Shown here in pieces: positions 30,090 to 36,456 of a DNA stretch of 64,000 bases; within the stretch, counting starts at the first letter, position 1, and each line of letters begins with the position of its first letter. The notes under the pieces are model-generated. The model was given only the letters and a program-made list of their open reading frames with translations. It was not told the origin of the DNA and did not search any database. A program made the position numbers and the translations under genes. Source of the DNA: an uncultured Bacteroidia bacterium (lineage in GTDB: Bacteria > Bacteroidota > Bacteroidia > Bacteroidales > UBA932); the NCBI GenBank assembly GCA_902789445.1, contig CADAOB010000022.1:26-64025 (forward strand). Direction: 5' to 3'.

Positions 30090-32186
30090 ATGAAAAAACT
30101 GATGCTCATCGCAGCGCTCGCAATGGCTCTCTGGAGCCCGGCTGACGCGCAGAATCCGCTCTTGCAGAAACGCTACAAGACGCCTTACGAGATCCCGCCG
30201 TTCGAGATCCTGACCATCGACAACTTCCGGGAAGGCATGCTCAAAGGCATGGAAGCCCATAAGAAAGAGATCCAGGCCATCGTGGACTGCCCCGATGAAC
30301 CCAATTTCGAGAATGTGATCGTGGCCCTCGACAAGGCCGGCAAGCTGATGTCCCGGACCAGCTCCGTCTGGGGTTCGCTCAACAGCGCCAGCTCCACGCC
30401 CGCCCTCCAGGCCTTCGCCCGCGAGATGAATCCGCTGACCTCGGCCCACAGCAACGAGATGCGGATGAACAAGAAACTTTTCGAAAAGGTCAAATATGTC
30501 TATGACCATCAGGCCAAATACAATCTGAACAAAGAGCAGAAGCGCCTGCTCCAGAAGACCTACGACGGCTATGTCAACAGCGGCGCCCTGCTGGATGAGG
30601 CCAAGCAGAAAGAGATCTCGGCCATCAACCTCGAACTCTCCAAGCTGCAGCTCCAGTTCAGCCAGAACCTGATGCACGACACCAACAACACCTATGTGAC
30701 GGTCGATAACGTGAAAGACCTCGAAGGCCTGCCGCAGGACAACATCGACCGCGCCGCCGCCCTGGCCGAGCGCATCGGACAGAAAGGCAAGTACAGCTTC
30801 AACATGCAGCGCCCCAGCTGCAATCCCGTGCTGCAGTACTGCAAGAACCGCAATCTGCGCAAACAGGTGTACGAAATGTACAACAACCGTTGCAACCACG
30901 GTGACGAATATGACAACAAGGCCATCGCCGCCCGCATCATCGAACTGCGTCTTAAACGCGCCAACATCATGGGTTACAGCGACTTTGCTGCCATGTCGCT
31001 CAAGGACCGCATGGCTGAGAACGCCACCAACGTGTATGCCCTCCTCGACCAGATCTGGGCTCCGGCCGTGAAGAAGGCGAACGAAGAGATCGCCGACATC
31101 AAGGCGATGATGAAGAAAGACAAGGTCAAAGGCGAACCGCAGCCCTGGGACTACATGTACTACCTCGACAAGGCCAAGAAAGCCAAATTCGACATCGACG
31201 AGGCGCTGGTCTCCGAGTACCTGGAGATCAACCAAGTGCAGCAGGGCATCTTCTACGTGGCGAACAAGCTCTACGGCCTCTCCTTCAACGAGCGCACCGA
31301 AGACTATCCGCGGTACGAGGCGACCGCCAAGTCCTGGGACGTGATCGACCGCGACGGCAATGTGATTGCCATCTTCTACAGCGACTATTTCCCGCGTGAC
31401 GGCAAGGGTGCCGGTGCCTGGTGCGGTGCATTCCGCGGCCAGAGCTACGACGGCGCGCAGCGCGTCCAGCCCATCGTGACCAATGTCTGCAACATGACCC
31501 TTCCCTCCGCCGACAAGCCGGCCCTCCAGACCCTCGACAACGTGGAGACCATGTTCCATGAATTCGGCCACGCCCTGCACTCCTTCTTCCGCAACGTGCA
31601 CTACAGCGGCGTTTCGGGTACCGAGCGTGACTTCGTGGAACTGCCTTCCCAGATCAACGAGCACTGGGCCTTTGAGCCCGAGGTGCTGAAAGTCTATGCG
31701 AAACACTACAAGACGGGTGAGGTGATGCCCCAGGAACTCATCGACAAGATCGAGGCCAGCGGCAAGTACGGACAGGGCTTCGCCACGGTCGAGTACCTGG
31801 CCGCCTCCTATGTGGACATGGACCTGCACGTGCTGACGAGCATCCCGGCGAACTTCAATGTGATGGAATTCCAGGCGAAGAAGCTGGCCGAACGCGGCAT
31901 TCCCAAGCAGATCCTGCCGCGTTACAGCGTGACCAATTTCAGCCACAGCATCGGTGGCGGTTACAGCGCCGGCTACTACAGCTACATCTGGGCCGAAGTG
32001 CTGGACTGCGACGCCTTCCAGGCCTTCAAGGAAACGGGTGACATCTTCAACCAGGAAGTTGCCCAGCGTTTCCGCCAGTATGTCCTTACCCCGGGCGGTA
32101 TTGACAAGGGTATGGTCATGTACCGCAACTTCCGCGGACGGGATCCCCTGGTTGACGGCCTGCTCGAGAACCGTGGCCTGAAATGA
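30090..32186 (+). CDS. dcp: Secreted M3 family peptidyl-dipeptidase
   Basis: The signal is MKKLMLIAALAMALWSPADAQ. The zinc motif is HEFGHALH, and the protein is Dcp-like over its full length. Confidence 0.9.
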   Translation: MKKLMLIAALAMALWSPADAQNPLLQKRYKTPYEIPPFEILTIDNFREGMLKGMEAHKKEIQAIVDCPDEPNFENVIVALDKAGKLMSRTSSVWGSLNSASSTPALQAFAREMNPLTSAHSNEMRMNKKLFEKVKYVYDHQAKYNLNKEQKRLLQKTYDGYVNSGALLDEAKQKEISAINLELSKLQLQFSQNLMHDTNNTYVTVDNVKDLEGLPQDNIDRAAALAERIGQKGKYSFNMQRPSCNPVLQYCKNRNLRKQVYEMYNNRCNHGDEYDNKAIAARIIELRLKRANIMGYSDFAAMSLKDRMAENATNVYALLDQIWAPAVKKANEEIADIKAMMKKDKVKGEPQPWDYMYYLDKAKKAKFDIDEALVSEYLEINQVQQGIFYVANKLYGLSFNERTEDYPRYEATAKSWDVIDRDGNVIAIFYSDYFPRDGKGAGAWCGAFRGQSYDGAQRVQPIVTNVCNMTLPSADKPALQTLDNVETMFHEFGHALHSFFRNVHYSGVSGTERDFVELPSQINEHWAFEPEVLKVYAKHYKTGEVMPQELIDKIEASGKYGQGFATVEYLAASYVDMDLHVLTSIPANFNVMEFQAKKLAERGIPKQILPRYSVTNFSHSIGGGYSAGYYSYIWAEVLDCDAFQAFKETGDIFNQEVAQRFRQYVLTPGGIDKGMVMYRNFRGRDPLVDGLLENRGLK

Positions 32187-32207
32187 GAAAGGCTTGACGC
32201 GGCTACA

Positions 32208-32241
32208 AAAAAAAAGATCCCGAATTCGGGATCTTTTTTTG
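32208..32241. terminator. Bidirectional rho-independent terminator
   Basis: An A9 run is followed by the perfect 18-bp palindrome GATCCCGAATTCGGGATC and a T7 run. It lies between convergent genes. Confidence 0.8.
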
Positions 32242-32255
32242 TGGAATCTTTTTGT

Positions 32256-32753
32256 TTAGTTGTCCTTCGTCCGGTGGAAGGTGTAGATGGCCGTCTGGTG
32301 CGAAGAGAAGAGGCCGGGGATGTCGATGTTGAAATCCGGCTGACGGAGCACCAGCCGGGTGGGCGTCAGCACCCTGATGTCGTACGTTCCGACGAGGACC
32401 ATCGCCTTGCCGTCGTCCGAGACCGAGAGACCGTCGTTGAATTTGAGCTTCATCTGGGTCGCGTCGTAAACGAAGGTGGTCATTTCGACGTCCCAACCCA
32501 TCCGTGCCGTTGCCAGGGCTTCTGTCACGTTCAGGTAACAAGGCGTCGTCTTGGTGAAGTCGATAACAGAAGTATTCAGGCTTCCGTTGCCGATGACGGA
32601 AGCGGAGGCTTCGATGGTCAGGGTGTCCAGTTGCCAGGTTCCATAGAGGGAACCGGTCGTCGTCTCCTCGCCGTTCTGCTGGGTCGGGTCGCAAGCACAG
32701 ACCAGGGCGGAAAGGCTCAGGATGAGCATGAAAGAGCAAAGGATTCGTTTCAT
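32256..32753 (-). CDS. Small lipocalin-like lipoprotein (hypothetical)
   Basis: The signal is MKRILCSFMLILSLSALVCAC. GTWQLDTLTIEA is the typical lipocalin-like N-terminal strand. Confidence 0.7.
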   Translation of the reverse strand: MKRILCSFMLILSLSALVCACDPTQQNGEETTTGSLYGTWQLDTLTIEASASVIGNGSLNTSVIDFTKTTPCYLNVTEALATARMGWDVEMTTFVYDATQMKLKFNDGLSVSDDGKAMVLVGTYDIRVLTPTRLVLRQPDFNIDIPGLFSSHQTAIYTFHRTKDN

Positions 32754-32820
32754 CTTCTTAGGATTTTATGTTTTGCTGGCAACAAAGGTACAAAAATGTT
32801 GCCAACAGTGTGCTTCGGCC

Positions 32821-33603
32821 TTATTTCCCGTAAGCCTCGGCGGCGGCTTTCATGCGGGCGGCACGTTCCTCCGTGGCGGGGTGGGAGGAGAAGGCGGCCA
32901 TCGCGCCGGAAGGCTTGGAGCCGGCTTCCCCGTTGATCTTCATCAGTTTGACCAGGGAGTTGTACATGCTGTAGGGACTGTACCCCTGCTCGATGGAGAA
33001 CTTGAATCCATTCTCGTCTGCCGCGAACTCCTGTTTCTGGGAATACTGGGCGTTGAGGTACGACTGGGCGATGTCGCCCAGGACGCTGGTGGAAAGCGAC
33101 CCCAGCACGCTGCCGGTCGATCCCAGGGCGATGCGGGCCGCATAGGCCATGTAGGTCTTCTTCATCGCGTTCTTCGTGTCCTTGTGGAGCACGTGGCCGA
33201 TCTCGTGGCCGATGACGGCCATCAGTTCGGAATCGTCCATCACGTCCATCAGGCCAGAATACACCCGGATGGAGCCGTCGCCGCAGGCGAAGGCATTGAC
33301 CTCATTGGTCCTGTACACTTTGAGGTTGATGGGAACACCGTCGACCGTCTTGACTTTCGACATGAGTTTCCGCAGGCGGGCATCGTAGGCACCTTTGTCG
33401 ATCTTGTTGACCGAGTCCATGTAGGCGACGGACTGGGCGCTGAGCTGCGCGATCTGTTCATCGGAAATGGTCAGGGCCGTCATGGCGGTATTGGCTGCCG
33501 TGGCGAGGGCCGTCGGATCCATGTTGGACAGGCCGCTGGCCAGGATGCTGCATCCGGAGAGCATCAGGGAAGCGATCAGCAGGGCAAGAAAAGTCTTTTT
33601 CAT
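32821..33603 (-). CDS. M48 family metalloprotease lipoprotein (LoiP/YggG-like)
   Basis: The signal is MKKTFLALLIASLMLSGC. The zinc motif is VIGHEIGHVLHKD, with FAADENG downstream. Confidence 0.88.
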   Translation of the reverse strand: MKKTFLALLIASLMLSGCSILASGLSNMDPTALATAANTAMTALTISDEQIAQLSAQSVAYMDSVNKIDKGAYDARLRKLMSKVKTVDGVPINLKVYRTNEVNAFACGDGSIRVYSGLMDVMDDSELMAVIGHEIGHVLHKDTKNAMKKTYMAYAARIALGSTGSVLGSLSTSVLGDIAQSYLNAQYSQKQEFAADENGFKFSIEQGYSPYSMYNSLVKLMKINGEAGSKPSGAMAAFSSHPATEERAARMKAAAEAYGK

Positions 33604-33625
33604 GGTTTTCAGGGATATCAACCTT

Positions 33626-33633
33626 CAAATATA
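33626..33633 (-). promoter_or_regulatory. -7 box TATATTTG upstream of the M48 gene
   Basis: The reverse complement of caaatata lies 22 nt upstream of ATG 33603, inside the 42-nt gap after the rSAM gene. Confidence 0.5.
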
Positions 33634-33645
33634 CAAAAAATCCGA

Positions 33646-34719
33646 TTACAGTGTCTTCCGATAATGGCAATTGATCACTTCGCGGCAGTCGCCGTGCCAG
33701 TTGTGCATGCCGTTTCCCAGGCAGTCGCGCCAGACCGGGCATTCGGCACAGCGGCCCTTCCGGGCCCAGCTGCGGTCGCGGAAGGGTCGGAAGCGCTGCT
33801 GCCACACTTCCCAGAGGCTGTTCTGGTAGATATTCCCCTGCGAAAAAGCATCCCGGTCGATGTTCGGGCAGCCGCAGATGCGGCCATCGATCAGGACGGA
33901 GGCGATGTTGATGCCGGCCCGGCAGAAAAACGGATGCGACCGTACCTTCCACTCGTAACGGCCCAGATAGCCTTCGCAGCTGAAGGTCACGTTCATCGGA
34001 CGCGGACCCTCCTTCACGGCAGCGGCCGCTTCGCGTTTGGCCTGGATAAAATCCATCAGTTGCTTGAACTGCGCATCGCCCAGATGCATGTCCGGGTCGT
34101 CCTTGGCCCGGCCGATGGGAATGATGGTGAAGATGCGCCACTGCCGGACGCCGAGGGAAACCAGTTTCTCGTACAGCGCATCGAGCTGGGTGATGCTGCG
34201 CCGGTTGATGCAGCTGACCACGTCGAAATTGAGCCGGGGTTCGGCCGCCGCTAGGGCGATGGCCCGTTCGGCCCGCGGATATGCACCGCTGCGGCCCCGC
34301 ATCCAGTCGTGGTTCTCATCCAGCCCGTCGAGGCTGATGGTCAGGGCGCCCATCCCGGCGCCCATCAGTTTGCGGTGCATGGCCTCGTCGTAGAACCAGC
34401 CGTTGGAGACCATGCTCCAGCGCACGCCGCGCTGCCGGATGGCCCGGCCGACCTCGGCGATGTCGGGCCGCAACAGGGGCTCGCCGCCCGTCAGGACGAC
34501 CGTAAACTCCGGCGGGCGCTCCTTCACCGGAATGGTGTCGAGCGCCCGCAGAAAGTCTTCCAGCGGCATATCGATGTCTTCACTCGCCGCCATACAGTCA
34601 CTGCCGCAGTGGCGGCAGTGAAGATTGCAGCGCGTGGTGCACTCCCAGAACAGATAGTTCAGTTCGTGTACCTTCGTCTCGTTGGCCCGGAACAGCCGGA
34701 AAAGCGTGTCGCGGAGCAT
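33646..34719 (-). CDS. Radical SAM enzyme with a C-terminal SPASM-like Cys-rich domain
   Basis: The CxxxCxxC motif is ECTTRCNLHCRHCGSDC. The C-terminus reads FFCRAGINIASVLIDGRICGCPN...GRCAECPVWRDCLGNGMHNWHGDC. Confidence 0.9.
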   Translation of the reverse strand: MLRDTLFRLFRANETKVHELNYLFWECTTRCNLHCRHCGSDCMAASEDIDMPLEDFLRALDTIPVKERPPEFTVVLTGGEPLLRPDIAEVGRAIRQRGVRWSMVSNGWFYDEAMHRKLMGAGMGALTISLDGLDENHDWMRGRSGAYPRAERAIALAAAEPRLNFDVVSCINRRSITQLDALYEKLVSLGVRQWRIFTIIPIGRAKDDPDMHLGDAQFKQLMDFIQAKREAAAAVKEGPRPMNVTFSCEGYLGRYEWKVRSHPFFCRAGINIASVLIDGRICGCPNIDRDAFSQGNIYQNSLWEVWQQRFRPFRDRSWARKGRCAECPVWRDCLGNGMHNWHGDCREVINCHYRKTL

Positions 34720-34931
34720 TATTCGGCCTTGACGGCTTCAGGGTCTTCCGTTTCGGGCGTTCCGGCCTCCGTGGCGGCGGCTTCCGGGGTTTCGACGGTG
34801 GGCTGGATGACCTCTTCTTCGGGGAAGTCATAGTCTTCCGGATAGCCGGGCGGCGTACCGTAGCAGGCCTGGACAACGAAAAGTACCGCTGTCAGCGACA
34901 AGCCCTTGAGTAAATTGTGGAGCCATTTCAT
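34719..34931 (-). CDS. 70-aa acidic Pro/Glu/Thr-rich lipoprotein, candidate rSAM substrate
   Basis: The sequence is MKWLHNLLKGLSLTAVLFVVQA|CYGTPPGYPEDYDFPEEEVIQPTVETPEAAATEAGTPETEDPEAVKAE. Its TAA overlaps the rSAM ATG (TAATG at 34717-34721). Confidence 0.7.
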   Translation of the reverse strand: MKWLHNLLKGLSLTAVLFVVQACYGTPPGYPEDYDFPEEEVIQPTVETPEAAATEAGTPETEDPEAVKAE

Positions 34932-34983
34932 TGCAATGCGGTTTTTAATTCTTTGCAAGATACGAAATATTCTTGGATTTCTG

Positions 34984-34991
34984 TATATTTG
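34984..34991 (+). promoter_or_regulatory. -7 box TATATTTG upstream of the AraC-type regulator
   Basis: It matches TAnnTTTG and lies about 20 nt upstream of ATG 35012. This argues against the TTG 34973 start in the track. Confidence 0.5.
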
Positions 34992-35011
34992 TGCTGATAA
35001 ATGCCGCCATC

Positions 35012-36121
35012 ATGTACGCAGGATTCTATCTTCTCACATCCTTGATCTCCGCGATCGTTGCCCTGACGCTGGCCTTGATCCTGACGGGCCTGCAGGTCCG
35101 CGACCTGGAAGGCTTCGAGAAATACAACCGCGCCCGGTGGTTCCTTGCCGGGGCCTTCGGGGTCTTCGGAATCCTGGGTGTGGCCGAAATCCTGCTGGGC
35201 GAGCCGTCCGGCCTCGAAACGGGCGGCCTGACGAGCACGCTCGTCATCTTTATCGGCTCCCTGATGGCCCTGTTTGTCACCATGACGGTGCTTTCTTTCA
35301 TCCGCCCCCAGGTCGTCACGTGGAAGAATATCCTGCTGCAGCTGGCCGTCATCGTACCCTTGGGCGTCCTGCTGTTCATCCTGCGCCTGCGGGCGCCCGA
35401 GCCCGTCTTCCGTATCTGTTTCGCCGTGATGCTGGCCGCCTATCTGGTGCAGATCGCCCTGTACACCCGCCTCTTCCTGCGCAGCTACCGCCAGTTTAAG
35501 GAACAGATGCAGTCTTTTTATGAAGAAGATGACCTCGTCGGCCAGCTTCACTGGATCAACGGCACGTTCTGGCTGGCGCTGGGAACGGGCATCGCCTCGC
35601 TGGCCTTGATCTTCGGTAATCTGCTGTCAGACAGTATCATCACTCTGCTTTTTACGGCCGTTTTCCTGATCATCGGCGTCTTCTTTATCAATTATCAACG
35701 CTTCGCTCCGATCGTCGAACGCGCCGTTATGCAGGAGGCGGAAGCGGGCAGGTCTGTGGGGGTTGGTATTAAATCGCAGAACGACAATCGGTTGCGGGAA
35801 AAGATAGATGCTTGGATCCAAGCGAAAGGCTATCTGGACAGCACCAAGTCTGTCGGCGACATCGCCCAGGAAATGGGCTGGTATTACCAGGCGCTGAAAG
35901 ATTATATCCAGCAGACCACCGGCGAAGATTTCCGCAGTTGGCGGCTCCGGCTCCGGATTCAGGAAGCCCAGCGGTTGCTGGCCGGACAGCCCGCGCTTCC
36001 CATCTCCCGCATCGCCACCCTCTCCGGCTTCAACGACCGCGCACACTTCTACCGCTGTTTCCAGCGCATCACTGGCTGTTCACCGCAGGAATACCGGAAA
36101 TCCCTCAAAAACAGCAAGTAA
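35012..36121 (+). CDS. Membrane-embedded AraC/XylS-family transcriptional regulator
   Basis: The N-terminal half has about 6-7 hydrophobic helices. The C-terminus KSVGDIAQEMG...ISRIATLSGFNDRAHFYRCFQRITGCSPQEYRK is an AraC HTH. Confidence 0.85.
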   Translation: MYAGFYLLTSLISAIVALTLALILTGLQVRDLEGFEKYNRARWFLAGAFGVFGILGVAEILLGEPSGLETGGLTSTLVIFIGSLMALFVTMTVLSFIRPQVVTWKNILLQLAVIVPLGVLLFILRLRAPEPVFRICFAVMLAAYLVQIALYTRLFLRSYRQFKEQMQSFYEEDDLVGQLHWINGTFWLALGTGIASLALIFGNLLSDSIITLLFTAVFLIIGVFFINYQRFAPIVERAVMQEAEAGRSVGVGIKSQNDNRLREKIDAWIQAKGYLDSTKSVGDIAQEMGWYYQALKDYIQQTTGEDFRSWRLRLRIQEAQRLLAGQPALPISRIATLSGFNDRAHFYRCFQRITGCSPQEYRKSLKNSK

Positions 36122-36127
36122 ACCAGT

Positions 36128-36159
36128 TGTAGACTTTTTCTGTAGACTTTTCTGTAGAC
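36128..36159 (+). repeat. Three direct TGTAGAC repeats at 13- and 12-bp spacing
   Basis: TGTAGAC occurs at 36128, 36141 and 36153, immediately after the AraC-type gene stop. Confidence 0.8.
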
Positions 36160-36168
36160 CACAAAAGC

Positions 36169-36190
36169 GTAGAGTTTTCAAAAACTCTAC
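36169..36190 (+). terminator. 10-bp hairpin, possible terminator of the AraC-type gene
   Basis: GTAGAGTTTT-ca-AAAACTCTAC forms the hairpin. There is no clear U-tract. Confidence 0.4.
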
Positions 36191-36223
36191 AACCCTTCGC
36201 TAGGACCGCTGCCGTCCAAAACG

Positions 36224-36231
36224 TAATTTTG
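36224..36231 (+). promoter_or_regulatory. -7 box TAATTTTG
   Basis: It matches TAnnTTTG and lies about 44 nt upstream of the small-ORF ATG at 36275. Confidence 0.45.
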
Positions 36232-36274
36232 ATTGTTTGAAGCTGCAAATCGTATTAACCAATCTCAATAACGT

Positions 36275-36442
36275 ATGAAAAACGAAGTCAAAGCTGTGTA
36301 CGAATCTCCGCAGTCGGAGGTCATCGAACTGAAATTGAGCGGCAGTATCGCTGACGCTGGAATCACTGTCACCAGCCCGACCGGGATGATTGGCGACAAC
36401 CCGAATGGTGATACCTACTCTGGTGGAAAAGAAGACTGGTAA
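36275..36442 (+). CDS. Candidate 55-aa small ORF, below the ORF-track cutoff
   Basis: My own translation is MKNEVKAVYESPQSEVIELKLSGSIADAGITVTSPTGMIGDNPNGDTYSGGKEDW. It lies 14 nt upstream of the next gene and downstream of a -7 box. Confidence 0.4.
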   Translation: MKNEVKAVYESPQSEVIELKLSGSIADAGITVTSPTGMIGDNPNGDTYSGGKEDW

Positions 36443-36456
36443 AAAAGAAGGACATC

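Noticed and set aside
33646-34719. The rSAM/SPASM gene considered as an anaerobic sulfatase-maturating enzyme.
   Set aside because: No sulfatase gene is adjacent. The tight TAATG coupling is to a small lipoprotein instead. I cannot exclude a known family without a profile search, so the call is left generic.
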